From an uncultured Pseudomonadota bacterium (lineage in GTDB: Bacteria; Myxococcota_A; Polyangia; Fen-1088), in assembly GCA_963847705.1 (NCBI GenBank), contig CAWKBC010000027.1, positions 832,001 through 896,000 on the forward strand: DNA of 64,000 nt. The letters are read 5' to 3'. The translations under genes were made by a program, and so were the position numbers. The notes under the pieces were generated by a model, which had not been told where the DNA came from, made no database searches, and saw only the letters and a program-made list of their open reading frames with translations. Below are positions 51,714-63,612 of this stretch, piece by piece (the first letter of the stretch is position 1; each line of letters opens with the position of its first letter).

Positions 51714-52466
51714 GTGCCCAAGAGAAAGATCAGCCCGAAGGAGCTCAAGCGTCCCGACCAGTTCGTGGACTTTTGGTCGCGCACGTCCGCAGCCGTGGGC
51801 AACTACATGTCCTCGCACATGCGGGCGCTGGTCGTCTCCCTGACGGCGCTGACCACGGTCATCGCCGGCTCGGTGGCGCTCAGCCAGGTTTCGGAGCGGC
51901 GGTCGATCAAGGCCGCCGAGGCGCTGGATCGGGTGCAGCGAATGGCCAGCGCCGAGATCGCGACGCCGGGCGCAACCCCGCCCGCGGATGACGGAATCCC
52001 CCACCTGGCGACCGAGAAGGAGCAGCTCGAGGCGGCGCTCAAGGAGCTGGACGGGTCGTTTTCCGGACCTCACGGCACACTGCACGCCGAGGCGATGCTG
52101 GTGCGCGGCAGCCTGCTCCTGAACCTCGATCGCGCGGCCGAGGCGGTCACCAACTACCAGACGTTGCTGGCGGACAACCTGGATCGCCGGCTGCACTTCC
52201 TGGCCGAAGAGGGGCTCGGCTACGGCTACGAGCGCCTCGGGAAGCTCGATGACGCCCAGGCCGCCTTCGTGAAGCTGGGGAGCGATGCCGGCGGCATGGA
52301 GGGGTTCTACAAGGACCGTGCGCTGTTTCACCAGGCCCGCATTGCGGAGCTTCGAAGCAACCCGGCGGACGCGACGCGGATCTATCACGAGGTGCTGGAT
52401 AAGAACCCCACCACCTCGTTGCGCGAGGAGATCACCAATCGCCTCGCCTCGCTCGAGATGAAGTGA
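51714..52466 (+). CDS. YfgM-like membrane-anchored TPR protein
   Basis: 'KELKRPDQF', single TM, TPR helices; lies upstream of bamB-like gene. Confidence 0.75.
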   Translation: MPKRKISPKELKRPDQFVDFWSRTSAAVGNYMSSHMRALVVSLTALTTVIAGSVALSQVSERRSIKAAEALDRVQRMASAEIATPGATPPADDGIPHLATEKEQLEAALKELDGSFSGPHGTLHAEAMLVRGSLLLNLDRAAEAVTNYQTLLADNLDRRLHFLAEEGLGYGYERLGKLDDAQAAFVKLGSDAGGMEGFYKDRALFHQARIAELRSNPADATRIYHEVLDKNPTTSLREEITNRLASLEMK

Positions 52467-53863
52467 CCTGTTTCGTTGGAAGCGGGGACCCTGAGAGGGT
52501 CCCCGTGCCCCCCCGCGAAGGACTGCGCCGCGCAAAGCCCGGCTCCGTCCACTTCGTTGGAAGCGGGGACCCTGAGAGGGTCCCCGTGGCCCCCCGCGAA
52601 GGACTGCGCCGCGCAAAGCCCGGCTCCGTCCACTTCGTTGGAAGCGGGGACCCTGAGAGGGTCCCCGTGCCCCCCCGCGAAGGACTGCGCCGCGCAAAGC
52701 CCGGCTCCGTCCACGCGATCGCTCTCACTTTCGCTCTCACTTTCGCGCTGGCCGCCGTGGCGTCTGGCTGCGCCGCGATGACGGCCCGTCCCGTGGATGG
52801 GGCAGAGGCGCCCCCGCATCCGGCCGGCGTGCTGCAGATGGTCTGGCGGACCACGCTGCACGAGCACGGCCTGTTCGAGCCGGCGCCCGAGGAGTGCGCG
52901 ACCGGCGCGCTCGCCAACGGACACCTGGTGATCGGCTCGCGCGACTCGAGCGTGGTGGGGGTCGCCCCCGACACCGGCCACATCGACTGGGTCAAAGGTG
53001 TCACGGGCGGCGTCGACAGCACGGCTCGCTTCGACCGCGCGCACGGGCAGGTCTACGTCGGCGCTGACGACGGTACGTTCTACGCCTTCGACCCCGCGTC
53101 CGGCGCCATCCGCTGGACCTATCACGGCAAGGGGGCCTTCGAGCGCCCGCCGGAGCTGGGCGCCGATCTGGTCTACGCGGCCAGCGCCACCGATCGCGTG
53201 GTCGCGCTCGATCCAGCAACCGGGAAGTGGCGCTGGCAGTACGAGCGCGAGATGCCAGAGGGGTTCACCATCCACGGCTACGCCGGGCCCCGCCTGCACG
53301 GCAACGACCTCCTGGCCGGCTTTGCCGACGGCTACTTCGTCGCGCTGGGCGCTGCCAACGGCGAGGTCCTCTGGGCGCGCTCGCTGGCCACCGCCTCCGA
53401 GCAGTTCGTCGACGTCGACACCACGCCCGCGCTCCTGGGCGATCTCGCCTACGTGTCCTCCTACTCGGGTGGCCTCTGCGCCGTCGATCTGCACGACGGC
53501 GCCATCAAGTGGCGCCTCCCGGTGGAGGGGGTGGGCGACGTGAGCGCCGTCGACGGGCGCCTCTTCTTCGTGGCGCCCCGGCAGGGGCTACACGCCGCCG
53601 ATCTCGACGGACACGTCATCTGGCGCCAGGGGCTGACCGAGGCAGGCGATCTGACCCAACCGGTGGTCGTCGGGCGCTACCTGATCTTCTCGGGCAGCCG
53701 CGCCGGCCTCTTCATCGTCGATCGAACGACGGGCACGCTCCTCGAGCTCTTCAACCCGGGCCACGGCGTCTGCGCCGCCCCGACCCTCGACGACAAGCGC
53801 CAGCGCCTCTACGTCCTCTCCAACAGCGGTTCCCTCTACGCCCTCGACCTATCCGCCTCCTGA
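52463..53863 (+). CDS. bamB: BamB-like PQQ beta-propeller lipoprotein
   Basis: Lipobox 'VASGC'; repeated 'ALDPATGKWRW', 'DVDTTP'; adjacent to yfgM-like gene and near der. Confidence 0.7.
   Translation: MTCFVGSGDPERVPVPPREGLRRAKPGSVHFVGSGDPERVPVAPREGLRRAKPGSVHFVGSGDPERVPVPPREGLRRAKPGSVHAIALTFALTFALAAVASGCAAMTARPVDGAEAPPHPAGVLQMVWRTTLHEHGLFEPAPEECATGALANGHLVIGSRDSSVVGVAPDTGHIDWVKGVTGGVDSTARFDRAHGQVYVGADDGTFYAFDPASGAIRWTYHGKGAFERPPELGADLVYAASATDRVVALDPATGKWRWQYEREMPEGFTIHGYAGPRLHGNDLLAGFADGYFVALGAANGEVLWARSLATASEQFVDVDTTPALLGDLAYVSSYSGGLCAVDLHDGAIKWRLPVEGVGDVSAVDGRLFFVAPRQGLHAADLDGHVIWRQGLTEAGDLTQPVVVGRYLIFSGSRAGLFIVDRTTGTLLELFNPGHGVCAAPTLDDKRQRLYVLSNSGSLYALDLSAS
52472..52719 (-). repeat. Three tandem 81-bp copies of the two-hairpin repeat (B1-B3)
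   Basis: Units start at 52472, 52553 and 52634, with one mismatch in unit 2; reverse complement matches copy A. Confidence 0.97.
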
Positions 53864-53909
53864 GCGGCCGCCGTGGCGGAGCCGACGCTCGCCTCGCGCG
53901 CGGAGTGGG

Positions 53910-54560
53910 CTAAGCGAAGCGGGCGTGGGCGCCCTGGGCTTCGATGCGGCGCACGAGCTCTTTGATCCGCCGGTTGCCCCCGGCGTCGCGCGCTTTCCAT
54001 TCGACGCCGAAGCCGTTCTGGCCGCCCGGATGTCCCTTCCAGCAGACGCGCGCGGAGAGCGGCATCGCCACCTCGGCGCCCGGCGGCGACACCATCAGGA
54101 CCACGTCGAGGGCGGAGGGGAGCGCCTCTTCGGTCTTCACGAACGCTCCGCCGCGCCCGATGTCTCGCAGGACGCCGGCCTTGTCCTCCAGCACACCCGC
54201 CACCTGCCACATCACAGGGAGCTCGACAGGGAGGCGTTGGTGGCGCCGCGCGACCATCTCTTCGGAGTCGCCGCGCGCGACCCCCAGCAGGTAGTCGCGG
54301 GCCTGCGCCTCGGTCTCCAGAAATTCGATGCCGATCCCGGCCTTGATCTTGGTGCTGTGCTTCCCCGGGCGCCGCCAGACCACGCGGCCGCGAATCAGGG
54401 TGGGGCTCCGGCGCCGTCCCAGCCGGATGGCCACCGCCACCGTTTCGCCGATCGCCAGCAGCCGACGTGTCGGGAAAAAGACGCCACCATGCTCGAGCTC
54501 GGGGAGAAACCGCGCCAGAAACGCGGCCCCGGTCGGAAAGTGCGCCTTGAGGATGGTCAT
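53910..54560 (-). CDS. Tandem PilZ-domain protein
   Basis: Two PilZ-like barrels; the second has RxxxR ('RRHQR') and 'DIGRGG'. Confidence 0.8.
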   Translation of the reverse strand: MTILKAHFPTGAAFLARFLPELEHGGVFFPTRRLLAIGETVAVAIRLGRRRSPTLIRGRVVWRRPGKHSTKIKAGIGIEFLETEAQARDYLLGVARGDSEEMVARRHQRLPVELPVMWQVAGVLEDKAGVLRDIGRGGAFVKTEEALPSALDVVLMVSPPGAEVAMPLSARVCWKGHPGGQNGFGVEWKARDAGGNRRIKELVRRIEAQGAHARFA

Positions 54561-54632
54561 GTGGGGAATTGAAGGTTCTATCGTATTACGAAGAAGAGAA
54601 GTTTTGTAAAGTGCATTGCAGAGACGCGCTGC

Positions 54633-57561
<2,929 letters not shown>

Positions 57562-57572
57562 AAGGTTATTGT

Positions 57573-57646
57573 ATCGCGTCGAGCGTAGCGCGGCTCCCCC
57601 GCGCGGAGCTCATCGCGGGGGGTGTGGGACCCTCCCAGGGTCCCAC
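57573..57646 (+). repeat. Two-hairpin interspersed repeat, copy C
   Basis: ATCGCGTCGAGC...GCTCATCGCG GGGGG T GTGGGACCCT CCC AGGGTCCCAC, between convergent genes. Confidence 0.9.
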
Positions 57647-58161
57647 TACTGATCGAGGCCGCGGTTGCGCTTGATCTGATCCAGGACCTTGCCGTACTCG
57701 ACCTCCCAGGTGGAGGTTCCTTCTTCAAGGTTCTTGATCCGGCGCCGCACTTCTTCGTCCAGCTCTTCGTCGACCTGCATGTGCTTCTTGAGGATGTCGC
57801 TCATCCGCTTTCGCAGGACGGTGTCCTCGACGTAAATCTCCTCGACGTGGGGGGACTGCATGAACGACTCGATCATCTGCGTCGTCATCCACTCGAGCCC
57901 GTCCTCACCCAGCCCGAAGGCCTTCTCGCCGGCCAGCGTGCGCTTGATCTTCCCGAATTGCTCGTAGGGGAGGTTCTTCTTCTGCAAGAGGTCCTTGGCC
58001 TTCTCCGTGATCTCGCGATCGAGACGCACGTATTCCTTGAGGACTGCTTGGACGTCCATCTCGGCCTCGCCACGGTCGGTGACTTCGATGTCCCCCGCCT
58101 CGGCCAAGCTCTTGACGATCTCCGTCCCGATGAGGGGAATCTTTCCGCTGTAAAGCCGCAT
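57646..58161 (-). CDS. DUF507 family protein
   Basis: 'MRLYSGKIP', C-terminal 'ELDEEVRRRIKNL..G...WEVEY...KRNRGL'. Confidence 0.75.
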   Translation of the reverse strand: MRLYSGKIPLIGTEIVKSLAEAGDIEVTDRGEAEMDVQAVLKEYVRLDREITEKAKDLLQKKNLPYEQFGKIKRTLAGEKAFGLGEDGLEWMTTQMIESFMQSPHVEEIYVEDTVLRKRMSDILKKHMQVDEELDEEVRRRIKNLEEGTSTWEVEYGKVLDQIKRNRGLDQ

Positions 58162-58242
58162 CTTCTAAGCGCCTTATAGGGGTGCCATCGAGGACAGTCA
58201 AGGTTCGCGACCCGATGAAATCGTGTCAAACTCGCCGGCGGC

Positions 58243-58953
58243 GTGTTCCTTCCGCTCCGTGACGACAATCCGCGCACACGATTTCCCGCGGCGACCCTCT
58301 TGCTGATCGCGGCAAACGTGGTCGCTTTTCTCTTCGAGCTGTCCCTGAGCGCACGCGGGCAGAAGCTGCTCACCCTGGAGGCGGGGGCGATCCCGTTCGA
58401 GATCGTCCACCACGTCGACATCCACCCGCAGAACCTGCTGCCGCTCCCCGGTTCGATCTGGACGTCGATGTTCCTGCACGGCGGCTGGATGCACCTCATC
58501 GGCAACATGTGGTTCCTCTGGGTCTTCGGCGACAACGTCGAGGAAGCGATGGGGTCGATCCGTTACCTCTTCTTCTATTTCCTGGTGGGGACGGTGGGCG
58601 CGCTGGCGCAGTGCTACAGCATGCCCAACTCGACCGAGCCGATGATCGGGGCCTCGGGCGCCATCGCCGGCGTGCTCGGCGGCTATCTGATGCTCTACCC
58701 AAGGGCGCGCATCGCGACGCTGGTGATGATCCCCTTCCTCTGGCCGGTCGTGCCGGTGCCGGCCTGGATCTTCCTCAGCGGCTGGTTCCTCGTGCAGTTC
58801 GCGGTGCCGAGCGGCTCGGGCATCGCCTGGATGGCGCACGTGGGCGGTTTCCTGGCCGGCCTCGGGACGGTGCGGTTGCTCGCCCGCACCCGCCGCGGCC
58901 CCCCCACCGCACCAGTCGAGTACATTCCACCTCCGCGCCGCGCCTCCTGGTGA
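58243..58953 (+). CDS. Rhomboid intramembrane serine protease
   Basis: 'TSMFLHGGWMHLIGNM', 'GASG', 'AHVGGF'. Confidence 0.95.
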   Translation: MFLPLRDDNPRTRFPAATLLLIAANVVAFLFELSLSARGQKLLTLEAGAIPFEIVHHVDIHPQNLLPLPGSIWTSMFLHGGWMHLIGNMWFLWVFGDNVEEAMGSIRYLFFYFLVGTVGALAQCYSMPNSTEPMIGASGAIAGVLGGYLMLYPRARIATLVMIPFLWPVVPVPAWIFLSGWFLVQFAVPSGSGIAWMAHVGGFLAGLGTVRLLARTRRGPPTAPVEYIPPPRRASW

Positions 58954-58982
58954 CCCCTCGCCACACGGACGCGACTCCGTGC

Positions 58983-59010
58983 TTGACAGCGACGCCCCTA
59001 CGCGCAAAAT
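58983..59010 (+). promoter_or_regulatory. Stable-RNA-type sigma70 promoter for tRNA-Met
   Basis: TTGACA-16 bp-CAAAAT followed by GC-rich discriminator CGCGCCC. Confidence 0.65.
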
Positions 59011-59048
59011 CGCGCCCCGAAAGAAACTCACGTTGGGTTCCGGAATAG

Positions 59049-59122
59049 ATCGCGTCGGGGGAGAGACGGCTTTGCCGGCTCGAGCCCATCGCGGGAGGTT
59101 CGGAACCCTTTGAGGGTTCCGA
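59049..59122 (+). repeat. Two-hairpin interspersed repeat, copy D
   Basis: ATCGCGTCGGG...CCCATCGCG GGAGG T TCGGAACCCT TTG AGGGTTCCGA. Confidence 0.88.
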
Positions 59123-59131
59123 GTAGAAATT

Positions 59132-59205
59132 GGCGGATTAGCTCAGCTGGTTAGAGCAGGCGTTTCATACGCGCCGGGTCCGGGGTTCGAGTCCCTGATC
59201 CGCCA
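59132..59205 (+). tRNA. tRNA-Met(CAT), elongator type; CCA not encoded
   Basis: GGCGGAT/ATCCGCC acceptor stem, GCTC/GAGC D arm, anticodon loop TT-CAT-AC, TTCGA T loop; G1-C72 pair argues against initiator. Confidence 0.93.
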
Positions 59206-59222
59206 CGACAAGAGGAAAAATA

Positions 59223-59295
59223 ATCGCGTGGGGGGAGGGACGGCTTCGCCGGCCCGAGCCCGTCGCGGGGGGAGCGGGACCCTCTCAGGGTCCCG
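59223..59295 (+). repeat. Two-hairpin interspersed repeat, copy E
   Basis: ATCGCGTGGGG...CCCGTCGCG GGGGG AG CGGGACCCT CTC AGGGTCCCG. Confidence 0.9.
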
Positions 59296-59302
59296 AACAA
59301 AA

Positions 59303-59659
59303 ATGAAGCGAGTCGACAAGCCCTGGGGGCATGAAGTGATCTGGGCGGTGACCGACCGTTACGTCGGGAAGGTGCTGCACATCAAGGCAGGGCAGAAGCT
59401 CTCGCTGCAGTACCACCAGAAGAAGGACGAGACCGTGATGGTCTGGTCCGGGCGCATGAACTTCGAGCACTTCGTCGAGGGGCAACCTCCGCAGGTTCGG
59501 GAGATGGGCCCGGGCGAGGCCTTCCACGTCACGCCGGGGCTGCGCCACCGGATGATCGCCATCGAGGACACCGACGTCTTCGAGGTGTCGACCACCGAGC
59601 TCGATGACGTGGTCCGCCTGGAAGACGCCTACGGCCGCCAAGGAACGTCGAAGGCCTGA
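59303..59659 (+). CDS. Cupin protein (mannose-6-phosphate isomerase C-terminal-like)
   Basis: 'VDKPWG', 'LSLQYHQKKDET', 'HR', 'DDVVRLEDAYGR'. Confidence 0.88.
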   Translation: MKRVDKPWGHEVIWAVTDRYVGKVLHIKAGQKLSLQYHQKKDETVMVWSGRMNFEHFVEGQPPQVREMGPGEAFHVTPGLRHRMIAIEDTDVFEVSTTELDDVVRLEDAYGRQGTSKA

Positions 59660-59704
59660 CGTCGAAGGCTCGACGGCCCGAACGCGCTTTGAGGCACCGA
59701 CGCC

Positions 59705-59734
59705 TTGACGGCGCGGCGACTGACGAGCTAAACC
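59705..59734 (+). promoter_or_regulatory. Sigma70-type promoter of efp
   Basis: TTGACG-18 bp-TAAACC, 10 nt before the ATG; no Shine-Dalgarno. Confidence 0.5.
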
Positions 59735-59744
59735 CCACCTCCTC

Positions 59745-60311
59745 ATGTACGACACGTCCGACATCCGCAAGGGTTTGAAGATCATGATCGACGGCTCGCC
59801 TTACACCGTCGTCGAGTTCCAGTTCGTCAAACCGGGGAAGGGCGCGGCCTTCACGCGCACCAAGATGAAGAACCTCCTCACGGGCGGCGTCCTCGAGCGC
59901 AACCTGCGCTCGGGCGAGCGCCTCGAGCCGGCGGATGTCGAGACCAAGACGATGCAGTACCTCTACGCCGACGCCGATTCGTTCGTCTTCATGGATACGA
60001 CGACGTACGACCAGGTGCAGATCCCGCGCGACACCATCGGTGACTCGGCCGGCTTCATGCCGGAGAACACCAACGTCGAGGTGCTGTTCTTCAACGGACG
60101 CGCCGTCGGCGTGACGCTCCCCAACTTCATCGAGCAGGCGGTGGTCGAGGCGGACCCGGGCTTCCGCGGCGACACCGCCACCGGCGCCACCAAGCCGGCC
60201 AAGATCTCCACCGGCGCCAGCGTCAACGTGCCGCTCTTCATCAACGTCGGCGACGTCATCAAGATCGACACGCGCACCGGGCAGTACCTCGAGCGTCTCA
60301 GCCGCGCCTAG
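59745..60311 (+). CDS. efp: Elongation factor P
   Basis: 'VKPGKGAAF', 'PGFRGDTA', 'VPLFI', 'DTRTGQY'. Confidence 0.98.
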   Translation: MYDTSDIRKGLKIMIDGSPYTVVEFQFVKPGKGAAFTRTKMKNLLTGGVLERNLRSGERLEPADVETKTMQYLYADADSFVFMDTTTYDQVQIPRDTIGDSAGFMPENTNVEVLFFNGRAVGVTLPNFIEQAVVEADPGFRGDTATGATKPAKISTGASVNVPLFINVGDVIKIDTRTGQYLERLSRA

Positions 60312-60322
60312 CGGCTCCCGCC

Positions 60323-61276
60323 ATGTCAGCGACGCGCTCAGCGCTCGAAGCGCGGGGTCGCATCGTGCGCGCGGTGCGCGCCTGGTTCGAGCGGGAAGGG
60401 TTCCTCGAGGTCTCCACGCCGGCGCGCGTTCGCTCGCCGGGGCAGGAGGTGCACCTCGACGCGATCCCCGCCGGCCAAACCGGCGGCCAGGCCCACTGGC
60501 TGATCACCTCGCCCGAGTACCACCTCAAGCGTCTGGTCGCCGACGGCATCTCGCCCATCTTCGAGATCTGCCGGTGCTGGCGCGCCGAGGAGTCAGGTCC
60601 GCACCACCGGACCGAGTTCACCATGCTCGAGTGGTACCGCGCGAACGCACCGCTCGAGGTGCTGGCCGCCGACTGTGAGGCGCTGCTCGCGGTGGCCGTC
60701 CAGGCCGCGGGGCGCGATCCGCTGGGGCTCGGCCTGGTCGCCCCGTTCCCGCGGACCACCGTGCGCGAGCTGTTCGCGCGGCACGCCGGCTTCTCGCTGA
60801 CGGGGGCCGAGACAGCCACGGAGCTTCGCGCCGCCGCGGAGGGCGCCGGCGTCAGCGTCGGCGCGGCGACGGCCTGGGACGACATCTTCTATCAAGTGTT
60901 CCTCGATCGCATCGAACCGGAGCTGGCCAGGTCGGGGCCGACGTTCGTCTTCGACTGGCCGGCGCCGCTGGGCGCTCTGGCGCGGCCGCACCCGCGCGAT
61001 CCGCGCCTGGTGGAGCGGTTCGAGCTCTACGCCGGGGGCCTCGAGCTGGCCAACGCGTTCGGCGAGCTGACCGACCCGGTCGAGCAGCGCCGGCGGTTCG
61101 AGGAGGAGGCCGGGATCCGGGCCGCCCGCGGCAAGGCGGTCTACCCGATCGACGAGGCGCTGCTGGCGGCGCTGCCGCAGATGCCGCCCACCGCAGGAAT
61201 CGCCCTTGGTCTCGACCGGTTGATCATGCTGGCGACCGGCGCCCGCGACATCTCGGAGGTCCAGGCGTTCTACTGA
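60323..61276 (+). CDS. epmA: EF-P lysine aminoacylase EpmA (GenX)
   Basis: LysRS catalytic-domain-only protein: 'TSPEYHLKRL', 'EFTMLEWY', 'RFELY...ELANAFGEL', 'ALGLDRL'; adjacent to efp. Confidence 0.95.
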   Translation: MSATRSALEARGRIVRAVRAWFEREGFLEVSTPARVRSPGQEVHLDAIPAGQTGGQAHWLITSPEYHLKRLVADGISPIFEICRCWRAEESGPHHRTEFTMLEWYRANAPLEVLAADCEALLAVAVQAAGRDPLGLGLVAPFPRTTVRELFARHAGFSLTGAETATELRAAAEGAGVSVGAATAWDDIFYQVFLDRIEPELARSGPTFVFDWPAPLGALARPHPRDPRLVERFELYAGGLELANAFGELTDPVEQRRRFEEEAGIRAARGKAVYPIDEALLAALPQMPPTAGIALGLDRLIMLATGARDISEVQAFY

Positions 61277-61353
61277 AGGACCCTCGGGAGGGTCCTTTTG
61301 AATCCCCCGCGACGAGCGCCATCGGGCAGAAGCCCATCGGCGCTCAGGCGACC
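61276..61353 (-). repeat. Two-hairpin interspersed repeat, divergent copy F
   Basis: Reverse complement GTCGCCTGAGC...GCTCGTCGCG GGGG ATTCAA AAGGACCCT CCCG AGGGTCCTT. Confidence 0.75.
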
Positions 61354-61421
61354 CAGGCGCATAAACCTTGCCCGTTTTTAGCTTCCCTGCTAGACGTTTG
61401 CCCCGGCTGGAGGCCCTCTTC

Positions 61422-61784
61422 GTGACTCAATTCCTAAATGGTCTGGCGCAAGCTGCTCCTGGTGGAGGCAGTTCGCCGTTGACGCAGTTCGTTCCCCTCA
61501 TCGCGATCTTCGCAATCTTCTACTTCCTGGTGCTGCGCCCGCAGTCCAAGAAGGCCAAGGATCACCAGAAGATGCTGTCGGAGCTGAAGAAGGGGGACGA
61601 CGTCTCCACGCAGGGCGGGATCATCGGCCGGATCACCGGCATCAAGGACAACGAGGTGACGCTCCAGGTTCAGGAGGGCGTCCGCGTCCGATTCCTCCGC
61701 AGCGCCATCACCGGCGTCTACACCGGGGACGTGCCCGCGCCCAAGTCCGACAAGACCGACAAGTCGGAAGTCAAAGCGTCGTAG
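61422..61784 (+). CDS. yajC: Preprotein translocase subunit YajC
   Basis: 'FYFLVLRPQSK', 'LKKGDDVST.GGI.G'; SD GGAGG; upstream TTGCCC-17 bp-TAGACG. Confidence 0.96.
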   Translation: MTQFLNGLAQAAPGGGSSPLTQFVPLIAIFAIFYFLVLRPQSKKAKDHQKMLSELKKGDDVSTQGGIIGRITGIKDNEVTLQVQEGVRVRFLRSAITGVYTGDVPAPKSDKTDKSEVKAS

Positions 61785-61817
61785 CTCGACGCTCGCCACA
61801 GACGGACAAGCGATCTC

Positions 61818-63605
61818 ATGGAACGATCTTGGTGGTGGAAGGCGGCCCTCTACGGGTTCGTCACCGTGGTGGCCGTCCTCTATCTGATCCCGACGGTCGT
61901 CCCGGACGATAAGCAGCCGGCTTTCATCCAGAAGCACTTCCAGAAGCGGATTCAGCTGGGGCTCGATCTCCAGGGCGGTCTGCACCTGGTCTACGAGGTG
62001 AACGTCGACAAGGCGGTGGCCGGCAAGGTCGACCGCCTGGCCTCGGACATCGAGGATCGGCTGCACAAGGACAAGGGGACGAACGATCTCGTCGTCAGCC
62101 GCGAGGGGCGCGACGACATCGTGCTCACCTTCAAGCCGCCGTCGGACGAGACCAAGCTGGACGACGCGATCCTCAAGGACTACCGCAAGACGCTGGACAT
62201 CGTGAGCCGCGACGCCACGACCGGGGTGGTGCGGCTGCGCCTCGATCCCGACCAGGTGGAAGAGGTGCGGGACTACGCCCTCCGCCAGGGGATCGAGACG
62301 ATTCGCGGGCGCGTCGACAAGTTCGGCGTCTCCGAGCCCACCATCATCAAGAAGGGGACCGACATCATCGTCGAGCTCCCGGGGCTGAAGTCGGCCGACT
62401 TCGAGCGGATCAAGTCGATCATCGGCCGCACCGCGCAGCTCGAGTTCAAGATCGTCGACGACGGCTCGGACTACATGAAGAAGGTCGCGGCGTCCGTGCC
62501 CAAGAACGCCGGCATCGACGTGGTCCCCGAGTCCTGGACCGAGAAGGATTCGGGCAAGCCGCACGAGGACGTGACGCTCCGCTCGAAGAGCCGCGACACG
62601 CTGATGAAGTTCTTCGACGGCCTCACCGGCGAGCTGGCCGTCCCCCCCGATCACGAGATCGGCTACGAGGAGACGCAGGGGCACAACGAGAACGGCGAAG
62701 CGACGCCCGATCGTTACTGGCGCACCTACTACATGCACAAGCGGGCCCCGCTGACCGGCGAGTATCTGTCGAACGCCGACCAGACCTGGGATCAGCAGAC
62801 TGGCCGCCCGGAGGTCTCGTTCGAGTTCGACCGCCAGGGGGCGGCCATCTCCGAGCGGATGACCGGCGACAACATCGGCCGCAAGATGGCCATCCTCCTC
62901 GACGACAAGATCAACAGCGCGCCGGTCATCGAGGGGCGCATCGGGGCGCGCGGCCGCATCACGCTGGGCGGCTTCGGCGATCCGTTTGCCCTTCAGCAGG
63001 AGGCCAAGGATCTGGTGGCGGTGCTCCGCTCGGGGGCGCTGCCGGCGCCGCTGCGCAAGACGTTCGAGACCCAGGTGGGGCCGACGATGGGGCGCGACTC
63101 GGTGGAGAAGGCCAAGTTCTCCATGTACATCGGGGCCGCGGCCGTCGTCCTCTTCATGCTCATCTACTACCGGCTGTCGGGAATCATCGCCGTCGTGGCC
63201 ATGATCCTGAACCTGCTCTACATGATCGCGATTCTGGCCGCCTTCGAGGCGTCGCTGACGCTGCCAGGGATCGCCGGGCTGGTGTTGACCATCGGCATGG
63301 CGGTCGACGCCAACATCATCATCTACGAGCGCATCCGGGAAGAGCTGCGCCTCGGCAAGTCGGTGCGCACCGCGGTCGACACCGGGTTCGCCCGCGCCTT
63401 CTGGACCGTGTTCGACGCGCACGTGACCAACTTCGTGGCCGGCGTCGTCCTCTACTCGTATGGGTCGGGGCCGATCCGGGGCTTCGCCGTGACCTTGCTG
63501 GTCGGCATCGTCACCAACCTCTTCACCTCCTACTGGCTGTCGCACTGGATGTTCGACGGCGTGGTGGGGCGCCGGGGCGCCGCGCGCGCCACCCTGTCGA
63601 TCTGA
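61818..63605 (+). CDS. secD: Protein translocase subunit SecD
   Basis: 'LGLDLQGG', 'GVSEP', 'LRSGALP', 'GMAVDAN..IYER'. Confidence 0.98.
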   Translation: MERSWWWKAALYGFVTVVAVLYLIPTVVPDDKQPAFIQKHFQKRIQLGLDLQGGLHLVYEVNVDKAVAGKVDRLASDIEDRLHKDKGTNDLVVSREGRDDIVLTFKPPSDETKLDDAILKDYRKTLDIVSRDATTGVVRLRLDPDQVEEVRDYALRQGIETIRGRVDKFGVSEPTIIKKGTDIIVELPGLKSADFERIKSIIGRTAQLEFKIVDDGSDYMKKVAASVPKNAGIDVVPESWTEKDSGKPHEDVTLRSKSRDTLMKFFDGLTGELAVPPDHEIGYEETQGHNENGEATPDRYWRTYYMHKRAPLTGEYLSNADQTWDQQTGRPEVSFEFDRQGAAISERMTGDNIGRKMAILLDDKINSAPVIEGRIGARGRITLGGFGDPFALQQEAKDLVAVLRSGALPAPLRKTFETQVGPTMGRDSVEKAKFSMYIGAAAVVLFMLIYYRLSGIIAVVAMILNLLYMIAILAAFEASLTLPGIAGLVLTIGMAVDANIIIYERIREELRLGKSVRTAVDTGFARAFWTVFDAHVTNFVAGVVLYSYGSGPIRGFAVTLLVGIVTNLFTSYWLSHWMFDGVVGRRGAARATLSI

Positions 63606-63612
63606 GGACGTG

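Noticed and set aside
52472-52714. Possible CRISPR array
   Set aside because: The 81-bp units are identical end to end with no unique spacers and no cas genes; they are copies of the interspersed repeat.
59132-59300. Integrative element at tRNA-Met
   Set aside because: No integrase, no duplicated tRNA 3' end and no compositional shift; downstream genes are core.
59049-59302. Target-site duplications around repeat copies (TAGA near D, AAAAAT near E)
   Set aside because: Not consistent in length or position across the other copies and could be chance.
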